DNA of 9,732 nt. Origin: Azolla caroliniana. Its lineage: Eukaryota > Plantae > Polypodiophyta. A model generated the notes under the pieces. That model did no database searches, was not told where the DNA came from, and was given only the letters and a program-made list of their open reading frames with translations. The DNA lies in assembly GCA_043228905.1 (NCBI GenBank), contig JBHGNT010001337.1:1-9732 (forward strand). Direction: 5' to 3'. The number at the start of each line of letters is the position of its first letter. Positions within the stretch are counted from its first letter, which is position 1. The position numbers and the translations under genes were made by a program. Of this stretch, positions 1-9,048 are shown one piece after another.

Positions 1-1
1 A

Positions 2-400
2 ATCGCGACAGCAAAAGGGTGGCACCTCCACCAGATGAACGTCAAGAACGCCTTTCTTCAAGGCGAATTAGAAGAGGTGTACATGATCTAACCACCAGGT
101 TTTGAATTGTGCAATCATCCGAACGTCGTGTGCCGATTAAAGAAGCCTCTCTACGGCCTCAAACAAGCACCGCGTGCATGGCATTCGAAGATCACGTAGT
201 ATCTTCATCAAATCGAATTTCGAATGTCAAAATCGGATAATTCTCTGTACATTCAAAACGAGTCTGATAGCCCGATTGTCATCATCCTATACGTGGATGA
301 TTTGGTCATCGGAGGAAAGGATCTCGCCGAATTTAAGAAGGTCCAAACACTTCTCTCTGGCAGATTCGAAATGAAAGACTTGCACAAGCTCCATTACTTG
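2..400 (+). mobile_element. Ty1/copia LTR-retrotransposon pol fragment (reverse transcriptase, RVT_2-type), degenerate and truncated
   Basis: Frame starting at base 2 reads [33 protein letters not shown]...[18 protein letters not shown]...SDNSLY...IILYVDDLVIGG...FEMKDLHKLHY. These are the copia RT motifs QMDVKx[18 protein letters not shown] and FEMKDL. In-frame stops at 89-91 (TAA) and 197-199 (TAG). Similarity ends at ~400, where FLGIEV is expected. The 5' part runs off the window. Confidence 0.96.
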
Positions 401-525
401 CATGAGTGTATAATTACTTTATAAAGTGTACTTTTTTGGACATAGGGGTAGTTTGGTAAATTTGGAACTTCCAGGGGCATTCTGGTAAATAGACAAACTT
501 CTAGGGGTATCTTGGTACTTTTCCC
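401..525. mobile_element. Probable Mutator-like (MULE) terminal inverted repeat end, orphan in this window
   Basis: Three ~29-30-bp subrepeats AGGGGYAnnnTGGTA at 444, 473 and 503, ending ...GGTACTTTTCCC at 525. The reverse complement begins GGGAAAAGTACCAAGATACCCCT, the pattern of plant MULE termini. The flank is AT-rich (TTTTTAAAA, 526-534). No partner TIR seen. Confidence 0.55.
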
Positions 526-847
526 TTTTTAAAATAGTGGGCATGAATGAACCAATGATTGAGAAGTTCTATATTAAATATGTGTGCCATTAATTAACCA
601 ATGATTTTAACTTTAAACTAACATATATATGGCTTGGTAATGATTGTAATGATATTATACTTCATGGCTAAAGTTAATTTAATTTAAATTATGTATTATA
701 GGATTAATAAGGTATAAAATATAATTGATTCAACTTTATAATGACTAGTTTAAGTAATTATTAATATGTTGAATACAATTATTATATAAAAAATAATATC
801 TTTATTTATTGTGTTAATATAATATTAAATAATATAGACATTATATT

Positions 848-896
848 GAGGGAGCTTCTGTTTAGAGCGGAGTTTATGTTTAGAGAGGAGATTATC
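848..896. repeat. 18-bp tandem subrepeats, candidate left terminus of the Sola-like element
   Basis: GGAGCTTCTGTTTAGAGC (851-868), GGAGTTTATGTTTAGAGA (869-886) and partial GGAGATTATC (887-896). They begin with GAG at 848, at a sharp change from very AT-rich DNA, ~105 bp before the transposase ATG. The repeat is directly visible; the terminus role is inferred. Confidence 0.4.
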
Positions 897-953
897 AGTT
901 TTTTATATTAGCCCAAGCACATAACTTAAAGAGCTCAGTGTGGACCTTAAGCC

Positions 954-3699
954 ATGAGTGAAGACTCATCGTTCTCGATTGAAGAATATTGTTTGTCATC
1001 AGACTCTTCGTTTTCTACCGAAGAGTATTGTCTGTCGACAGACTCACCATTTTCTATCGAAGAATATTGTCTGAGCTCATCTTCACCTACAACGCATGTG
1101 AATGAATAATGACACATGCGAAGAGTTCTCTATTGAAGAATACAATATTAATAAAGATACGGAGAATGAAGGTAGTGCCAATGAAACATCGAATATCATG
1201 GGCGATGGTCATAACAAAGAATTGGATAGTAACAAGGTTACACCAACTTCTATGCAGGAATAGAAATCTGGAAGCCCTATGCATATTAGAAGAATTCGTC
1301 TGGCTAGATTTAACTTGGTGACATCAGATAAGCAGATTGGATTTGATTTCAAAAAAATATGTTGTGCCCATGGTTGTATGTCTATGATTGGAAAATCAAA
1401 GTTGCAAGAATTAAGGCGATATTATTTTTCGATGACTGGTGATGAGCAAGACACTTACCTCGGGTCACATATGTGACTAGTGTCTGACAAATGTACGGGG
1501 ATCAAAGTATCATTCGAGTATTATATCTTCCATGCGCAACAGATATGTAGAGTTGCATTCAAAATTGTGTTATGTGTTAGTAACATGCAACTACATAAAG
1601 TACAACAACGTCTACTTAGCGGGGATTAGATGCTCAAGTGTAAAGAGGTTCCAAGTATGAAAGGTGCAATTGGAAGACATGCTATTGGTTGGGTGAAAAG
1701 TTACTTTTAGTTAAATTGTGAAGTAATGCCCACTACAGGTAGGATGCACCTCTCTGATAATTACACATGTTGGGAAGTTTATGATGTCTATCGATATGAT
1801 ATGGTGGGCTCACGTAATAAATCTGTCACATATAGCCAATTCACAAGATTATGGAGAGCTCGGTTTTCAAATGTTATCATTCCACGTAAAGTACGCATGG
1901 GGTATTGCTCCATTTGTGCAAATCTTAAAAGTTTGGCTAAAGGTGCAAAGACATCAATGGAAAAGGATATGAGTAAGAAGTTACTACAGAAGCATCGTGA
2001 GGCACAATCGTTAGAACGAAAGAAGGTGATGCATCATAGAGAGAAGTGTTTAAAGAGGCCCAAACAATACATGTGCTTAATGATAGATGGCATGAACTTG
2101 AAGAAGACGTGCTTGCCGCATATGCGGAGGGTCCCCAAAGACGTCAATGATGAGTGCCTTGTTCAAATGCACTTGGTGGGATGCTTGGCTTATAATAGGT
2201 CAGTTGGACCTCACGTCTTCATTACATACCCCAATGTTCACAATGAACCTAGAACCTAACAGTTATAGTGATTCACCGAGTTTTGATGTCTTGGGGCCAA
2301 CCGTTCCCCCCTATTCTATACATTCAATTGGACAATACTGCTAGAGAGAACAAAAATTCAATTATGTTTGGCTATCTAAGTATATTGGTCAACCAAGGAT
2401 TGTTTAGAAAAGTGAAAGTCAATTTTCTTTTGGTTGGCCACACACATGATCATATAGATAAGATGTTTAGTACATTCTCCAAATAGTTGTCTCGGCATGA
2501 TGCTTTCATATTACCAAAACTATTTGATGTCATTTGTGATGCATATACACCACGCCTAAAGGTGTTACACTTGAAGGAGGTATATGACTTTAAGAGATAT
2601 ATATCAGATGGGGGTGTTGGGAATGTTAAAGTGCTCGCCAAGTTAAACAATATAAGCTTCAATCACATTTTTATGATAAAGAAAAATGAAATAAGTGGTT
2701 CTACACTTTTGTATGCTAAACAATAATCATCTTCTACAACATGGGAACCTGAAGGTGGTTGCCAATTATCACTTTGTATGCTGAGTACAATTGTCCATGG
2801 AGCTAAACAAATGCCAATTGAGAAGAAAGAACAGTTGCATAGTGACTTGGTATCAGAACAAAAACGGTTATGACTCCAAGCCTTAGTTAGAAGAAAAAAG
2901 AAAGCATATTGAGCCCGCCAAGAAATATGCCGCACAACAAGACACATCATGGTGGGATGTATTTTTTAGTGATTAGAAAGGAATTATAGACAATTGTGTA
3001 TTTAGTGATAATTGGAATTTGGAAACGCCATTCACATGGTCGCTACAACATGATTGTGTAAATAAAACTCCAGAGCAACTAGCAAATGAGATTAATGACA
3101 ATTTGGTCCATCCACAACAAAGAGACATTTATGTGGGACCAAGGATGACCAAAGCAGCCGAAGCTAGATGGCAAGGCAATTCGCAAGAACTCACGGCAGG
3201 GATGTTGATTGCAACGCCGGCTGATGAGAACTCACATGGCCACCAATTTTGGGTTGGTAAAATTCTAGAAGTGCTAATGCATGAAATAGAAAACACGATC
3301 AAGTCTATAAACGTTCATTGGTACAACACTAGAAGTGCAAATGCTTTTACAGGTAAGTATACATTGGAGATGATTGAATGCCCAACGACAAGGGGAGGTA
3401 GGAAGAGGAAGCGAAACATTTGTAACACCTTGACCCTTGATATCTCTTATGTGGATATCATTGTGTACGACTTCATGCTTACAAAAGCCAGACGATTAAG
3501 GAAGTTAACAATAGATATAATAAAAGAAAAATTACCAGGTCTACAAGTTGGCTCGAGTCGAAGCCAAACAAGATCTACTACATATAATCTAGAGTCAAAC
3601 CATTTGGTTTATGACGAAGATAATGCACTGATTGGTACATCCGAGGATGACGAGGAGGAATCATCATTGTATATTAGTTATAGTAGTGATTCTACGTAA
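954..3699 (+). pseudogene. DDD transposase pseudogene, Sola1-like (about 910 aa when reconstructed, intronless)
   Basis: Track ORFs 1279-1476, 1726-2259, 2268-2486, 2487-2726 and 3019-3699 join into one frame from ATG 954. Frameshifts are at ~1100, ~2251 and ~2885; stops at 1261, 1474, 1627, 1708, 2484, 2724, 2871 and 2974. Motifs: CCxxxC, ICRVAFK, W..SYF...CEVMP...HL, YSQFTRLW, CSIC...H, and putative catalytic IDGM (D at 2086), LYIQLDNTARENKN (D at 2331) and FLLVGHTHDHID (D at 2457). The DNxxxENKN / FLxxGHT pattern is characteristic of Sola1-type transposases. Confidence 0.85.
963..1079 (+). repeat. 39-bp in-frame tandem repeat x3 encoding acidic DSSFSIEEYCLSS units
   Basis: Units start at 963, 1002 and 1041 and translate DSSFSIEEYCLSS / DSSFSTEEYCLST / DSPFSIEEYCLSS. 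A further FSIEEY lies at ~1126-1143, after the frameshift. Confidence 0.9.
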
Positions 3700-4065
3700 A
3701 GGAGTGATCATGAATGTAATTTTGGCTATTAAGTGTAACTACATTCCGCTTGTAACAAATCAAGTAATATAAAAGCATATGTTTTTAATTCTTATGATTT
3801 CTAAAAAATCATTTCTTATAAAATAACATTGGTTGTAAAGTTTGTGATATAAATTGAGAATGTAACTTTTTGAAATTCCTCTTTTTTTATTTATTTCTAA
3901 ATCACGAAAATAGTGGATTTTTAACCTTTTTCATAGTTTATTTGAACATGTATGATACTGGTATCAATGTCTTTTATAAAATCATTGAAAAAGTACTAAA
4001 ATCAACCAAAATATTCCTTATCCTTCCATTTATGCGCGATCCTTCCACTTGTGAATGCAAACATG

Positions 4066-4660
4066 TTACTCATCCATTGCCATCATTCTACACTTAGTTG
4101 TCGCTATTGTTCGGTCGTGTATTGCTACCACTTTTCAATCAGAGGGAGTTCACTCCTTCTCCACTGTCGCCATTGTACTCTCAGTTGTCGTCACTGTGCA
4201 TTCCAAGCATCATCTGCCACTGTTCGATCTGACGGAGTTCACTCCTCCATTGTCATCATTCTACACTTAGTTGCCGCTATTGTTCGGTCCTGGATTGCTG
4301 CCACTTTTCGATTTTACGGAGTTCACTCATCCATTGCCATCATTCTACACTTAGTTTCTGCTATTGTTCGGTGGTGTATTGCTGCCACTTTTTGATCCAA
4401 AGGAGTTCACTCCTTCTCCACTACTACCATTCTACTCTCATTTGTCGTCACTGTGCATTCCAAGCATCATCTGCCACTGTTCGATCCGACGGAATTCACT
4501 CCTCCATTGCCATCATTCTACACTTAGTTGCCGCCATTGTTCGATCCTGGATTGTCAAAACTGTTCGATCAAACGGAGTTCACTCCTCCACTGCCACCAT
4601 TCTACACTCAGTTGCCCCCACTATTCAGCCCTGGATTAGCGCCATTGTTTTGTCTTGGAT
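4066..4660. repeat. Tandem array of 84/89-bp monomers with 257-bp higher-order repeat
   Basis: The anchor GAGTTCACTC (GAATTCACTC once) occurs at 4146, 4235, 4319, 4403, 4492 and 4576, giving spacings of 89, 84, 84, 89 and 84. Monomer order is A'-B-A-A'-B-A-A''. Confidence 0.93.
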
Positions 4661-4777
4661 TTGAATAACTATTCTATCTATTGATTATCTTGTGTATAAT
4701 CTTGTGTATTGCGGAATATTTTTGTGTATTGTTGTTGCCCATAGCCATCTTTAATACGTGTCTTTTTTTCGAGAAAA

Positions 4778-4786
4778 TTAGGGTTT
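4778..4786 (-). promoter_or_regulatory. Telo-box (AAACCCTAA) just upstream of the second transposase ATG
   Basis: TTAGGGTTT at 4778-4786, 17 bp before ATG 4803. The telo-box is a known plant promoter/5'UTR element; function here is inferred. Confidence 0.4.
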
Positions 4787-4802
4787 AAACCCGTCAATCC
4801 AA

Positions 4803-5560
4803 ATGGAAGGGGGAGGGTGTTTAGAATTACCCCTCAATGATCATCAGGATAGGGATGACGCTATCAGGACACAACAAGCGATACGAAAGTATTGGGCAGA
4901 AAAAAAAAAAAAACATCGTCAATTGTTGAAGGATATGAAAGTCACACTCACTAAAGGTAAAGATCATATTGGTTGGGATATAGGTCTAAATATCACTAAG
5001 AATGGAAGTAATGAGACAACTATCATATAGAGAAAGGTTGTAGACTATTTGAATGTTCAAACCAAGCACATTAGCAATGAAGACAAGAAGGTAGTACTTT
5101 ATGGAATATTAACTGATCCATCGATAAAGGATTTAGTTGATTGTGATGGTCTTAATGCAAACATAACATCCGTACTAGTAAATAATCTCCGTAATAGTTT
5201 TGTATCCATGAGCAGGTCAGAAGATGATCTTGTCTTAAAAAGTTCTAGTCTAATGATGTTACTTAATAGTGATGTTGACGATATTAACATCAATGTGCTA
5301 TCTAAGGTAATTGGTGTTAGTGGAAAAAGTGTGTACAATACATTGAACCGAATAGTTTCCTCGGGTGAAGGAACTAGTTTGCTAAAGCTAACAACAAGAT
5401 GTAAGCAATGACACCCATAATATCAGAAATCAAGGATATAATCACAATATTTTGGACTAATGAGAGTAGGGTTTCACCCAATAAGAAGGATTTATGCAGG
5501 AAACGTGTTGGAAGGAGTCAATACGAGAACCATCCCATTCATCTTCTTGATGTACCTCAG
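4803..5560 (+). pseudogene. First exon (N-terminal region) of a second transposase-like gene, probably Sola2-like; catalytic domain absent from window
   Basis: ORFs 4803-5030 and 5049-5411 share a frame (TAG at 5028), then shift at ~5408 to ...IITIFWTNESRVSPNKKDLCRKRVGRSQYENHPIHLLDVPQ. An HTH-like segment (INVLSKVIGVSGKSVYN) precedes this. The FW....SRVSPNKKD motif resembles the F(Y/W)...SR..P..KD motif I recall from Sola2 transposase N-termini. It ends at a CAG|GTATTT splice donor (5560/5561). Confidence 0.55.
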
Positions 5561-5599
5561 GTATTTACATTTATCTCAACATTTGTTTTGACTTTTGAG

Positions 5600-6945
5600 C
5601 TTAGTTAGTTAGCTTATTAGCTACCTCTGAATATGACCATACCCGAATAGCTAATTACCTACCTCAGAATATGCCCATAGCTAACTAGCTACCAATAATA
5701 GCTAATTAGCTACCAAAATAGCTAATTAGCTCCCTAAGTATATCGAACATAGCTATATAGCTACCAAAATAACTAATTAGCTATTATTCAATGCTATTTA
5801 GCTACCACAATACCTAATTAGTTGCCTATAACAATAGCTAATTAGCTACCAAAATTGGCTAAAGTATGGTAGTAGCTAATTAGCTACCACTTAGCTAATT
5901 AGCTACTCAGCTGAAGTATGGTAGTAGCTAATTAGCACCTCAGCTAAATTATACTAGTAGCTAATTAGCCACTATAACTAAAGTATGGTAGTAGCTAATT
6001 AGCTAACACTTAGCTAATTAGCTACTCAACTAAAGTATGGTAGTAGCTAATTAGCTAACACTTAGCTAATTAGCTACTCAACTAAAGTATGGTAGTAGCT
6101 AATTAGCTACTCAGCTGAAGTATGGTAGTAGCTAATTAGCTACTCAACAAAAGTATGGTAGTAGCTAATTAGCTACTCAGATGAAGTATGGAATTAGCTA
6201 ATTAGCTACTCAGCTAAAGTATGGTAGTAGCTAATTAACTACAACTTAGCCAATTAGCTACTCAGCTAAAGTATGGTAGTAGCTAATTAACTACAACTTA
6301 GCCAATTAGCTACTCAACTAAAGTATGGTAGTAGCTAATTAGCTACCATTTAACTATTTAGCTATTGTACTAAAGTATGGTAGTAGCTAATTAGCTAAGT
6401 GGTAGTAGCTAATTAGCTACCACTTAGCTAATTAATTATTGTACTAAACTTTGGTAGTAGCTAATTAGCTATTGTATTAAACTATGGTAGTAGCTAATTT
6501 AGCTACTGTACTAAAATATGGTAGTAGCTAATTAGCTACCATTTAACTAATTAGCTATTGTATTAAACTATGGTAGTAACTAATTAGCTACCACTTAGCT
6601 AATTAGCTACTCAACTAACGTATGGTAGTAGCTTACTAGCTAACACTTAGCTAATTAGTTACTCAGCTAACGTATGGTAATAGCTAATTAGCTACCACTT
6701 AGCTAATTAGCTACTATACCAAACTATGGTAGTAGCTAATTAGCTACTGTACTAAACTATGGTAGTAGCTAATTAGCTACTGTACTAAACTATGGTAGTA
6801 GCTAATTAGCTACTTAGCTTAAATATGGTAGTAGCTAATTAGCTATTGTAGTAAACTATGATAGTAGCTAATTAGCTACCACTTAGCTAATTAACTACAT
6901 GTTAGGTAATTAGCTACTACACTATAACCATAATAGCTAAATAGT
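5600..6945. repeat. Minisatellite built on the 14-bp perfect palindrome TAGCTAATTAGCTA
   Basis: Dozens of exact or near-exact copies. The main unit is ~33 bp (AAAGTATGGTAGTAGCTAATTAGCTACTCAGCT), often extended by a 19-bp CCACTTAGCTAATTAGCTA module. Right-hand units use the variant AAACTATGGTAG...ACTGTACT. Both edges are degenerate. Confidence 0.96.
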
Positions 6946-6986
6946 TTCAACAATTTATACAGCTTACCTAATTACCAAAGATGGAA

Positions 6987-8714
6987 CTAATTAGCTACAC
7001 TATGGTCACAAGCAGCAATTTTACCTATGTGTTTTCTCCAGTCATCTGGGAGAGTTGTACTATAATCCTCCAAACAAAATGCAACAATGTGACATGCATA
7101 TTGAAAACAAACGATATGGTATGTGTGTTGGCATGGTTGTAGGTAAACCAACAGTGTAACAGATTTGTCCTCTACACGTAATACACAAGTGATGCAATGT
7201 GCTTGAACAATCAATATATCGTTTCCTGGTTCTCCTTCATTTGGTAAGGGAGCAAGAATGTTCAGATCCAATTCTTGTCTGCTCCTTACCACCCCCTCAG
7301 CAAAATGTAGTTGCTTCTTAAGGCAGCTAACTACTTGTTCTTGATGGGAGTATTGTTCCTTCAACGCAGCCGAGAAATTTACCAATTAATTATTCCTTAA
7401 TGAGGAAGATACAACAACAAGACACAAGAATCTTACTTGTAACTTTTCCAAATTGTAATCAGCGATAATATTTACACCTAGAAGGTCTAGGTTCATTGAA
7501 AGAATTTTCCGCTGGGGATCCAACGAGCCCTCAATTTCAAGTTCATGTTGAGCAACCTGTTCCAGATAATGCCTCAGTAGCACATTTTCATGTACAAGTT
7601 ATTTATAACATATTACATACTAGCAAAACAATAGGTACCTGAATCTTATTTCTGATTGTTGTAACTGCCAAAGTGACTTTGCTCTCCATCGCAACAATCA
7701 ATGTTGCTTTCTCTAAATCAGTCTTAAAAAACTCCAATGTCTCATAGGCTTCATGGACATTTTTTAGCATATAGCTAATCAATGTCTCACCTGTATCATC
7801 GACATTGGTTTTCATTGTGTGTCGGTGTGGCGTATACTTGCGGGTTTGTTGGGAGTCGGCAATTGCATCATCAATTGCCATGCTCCAAAATCTTGCCATT
7901 TTTTGTTGCAAGCTCCCCATCTTCCGACATCTTTCTACCAATGCCTCACCATAAATTGCCCAAGCTACCCTGTACATTTCAAGGTCATGAGATTCCTTCG
8001 TTTTTTTACAATACTCGTATGCAAAAGCTCTAGCAAATGAAACGGACAACTCGTTGTTGACCGGGATCTCTTGATGTACTTTCTGGTGCAGTCTCATGCA
8101 GTCGTTGTACAGGTCCGGTCATACATGCTTGAGCTTGACCTTGCCTTTCACTCTAGGCACTTTATATACTGACATCCAGTCTACATCACTAATCAATCTA
8201 TTTGTTAGAATAGCAGGGTCAATACCCTCGAGCGACGGACCATATATGTTGTGAAAGTCCTCCTTTGTCTCGCAAAATTTTGCGAAGTTCAACACTCTAG
8301 GATAGGGAGGAACAAGCCACCTGAAATAAAAAATCAGTAATCAAAATTGGTGCAAAAACTCAAATTTTAATGTGAATTTGGTGCAAAATTACAGCACTTT
8401 GAGACAGTAATCTGAAATTTGTAACCTGTCCTTTTCAACATGTATCAGAAATCAATCACTTAAAAAATCAAAAACCCTAATCAGAATTTGTGATGAGAAT
8501 TGGTGCAAAATTACAATAGATTGCGACAGTAATCAGAAATTTGTAATTAGAAATTTGTAACTAGAAATTTGTAATCTGAAATTTGTAATCAGAAACCCTA
8601 AACCACTTAAGGGAGACACAAACCCTAATCATCACTAAAGGCAGAAATCAACCGTACTACGAAATTCTGTCAATCAGAAACACACCTGCTGCTACACCCC
8701 GATCTTCGAGACAT
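6987..8714 (-). pseudogene. Spliced gene for a ~400-aa protein with C-terminal RING-H2-like zinc finger (probable transposon accessory gene); one premature stop
   Basis: Model: exons 8714-8686, 8320-7639, 7556-7437 and 7358-6987, total 1203 nt = 401 codons. Introns are GT-AG, of 365, 82 and 78 bp, and all phases are compatible. One in-frame TGA at 8121-8119. The C-terminus has C-x2-C-x17-C-x-H-x2-H-x2-C-x10-C-x3-Y (last Cys possibly TGT>TAT). Exon 2 has LHQKVHQEIPVNNELSVSFARAFAYE...VAWAIYGE. Exon 1 and the last acceptor are the least certain parts. Confidence 0.7.
8340..8628. repeat. Repeat-rich intron: 14-bp AGAAATTTGTAATC-type tandem, ~50-bp duplication and three telo-boxes
   Basis: About four GAAATTTGTAA units at 14-bp period over ~8533-8595. 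GGTGCAAAATTACA...GACAGTAATC.GAAATTTGTAA occurs at ~8380 and ~8502. AAACCCTAA occurs at 8472, 8593 and 8620. Confidence 0.8.
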
Positions 8715-8838
8715 CCTTGTTTGGGACACCAACAACTTTGTCGTATTCGATTTTTGGGAAAGATGAACAAGCACCAACGTTACAAACAGTTATCAGAAAG
8801 GAAAAAAAAAGTTGTTTTAATATGTAATTGATACATAC

Positions 8839-9048
8839 TTGGACGAGGATTGACTAGCTCGTGTGTTGTAGCTCTGAAGGTGCAATGTCAATCTCAGAAT
8901 TTTTGTGCTGTTGCGGGGGGTTCGTCTGCATTCATGCTCAGAGTACTCCATCTGTTTGGAGTTCGAACTCGAACTCAGGATTATCAAGAATTTGATGACA
9001 TTCAAGTCAACCTTAGATGATGGCACTATTCCCCATGTTCCACTACGT
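8839..9048 (-). other. Candidate additional upstream exon of the RING gene
   Basis: 210-nt segment bounded by TTGGTTTCAG| and |GTATGT on the minus strand. One frame is open (track ORF 8817-9086), and its phase is compatible with the acceptor at 8320. No recognisable protein motif. Confidence 0.3.

Noticed and set aside
526-847. Very AT-rich stretch as origin or promoter
   Set aside because: No specific motif or repeat structure beyond composition.
1087-2950. ORFs 1087-1284(-), 1109-1321, 1781-1972, 2147-2344, 2450-2662(-) and 2663-2950(-)
   Set aside because: Alternate-frame or antisense shadows of the transposase, with no motifs of their own.
3221-3260. CTGATGAG as a hammerhead ribozyme core
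   Set aside because: No correctly placed GAAA or closing stems, it lies within transposase coding sequence, and it is far from the PLE fragment.
954-3699. Stop-codon readthrough, alternative genetic code or programmed frameshifting
   Set aside because: All three stop types occur together with three indels; ordinary pseudogene decay explains this.
3870-4097. 75-aa hydrophobic ORF
   Set aside because: TTG start in AT-rich low-complexity sequence, running into the repeat array; likely spurious.
4051-4664. Overlapping ORFs 4051-4395, 4055-4270, 4364-4639 and 4371-4664 as genes
   Set aside because: They are by-products of the 84/89-bp array: several frames open at once, the 89-bp unit shifts frame, and there is no recognisable domain.
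4066-6945. Either tandem array as a CRISPR array
   Set aside because: The intervening sequences are themselves repeats rather than unique spacers, there are no cas genes, and the context is eukaryotic.
6961-6970. Minus-strand AG|GTAAGC donor suggesting the satellite is an intron of the RING gene
   Set aside because: It lies after two in-frame stops and no downstream exon is identifiable; at most a 3'UTR intron, and unsupported.
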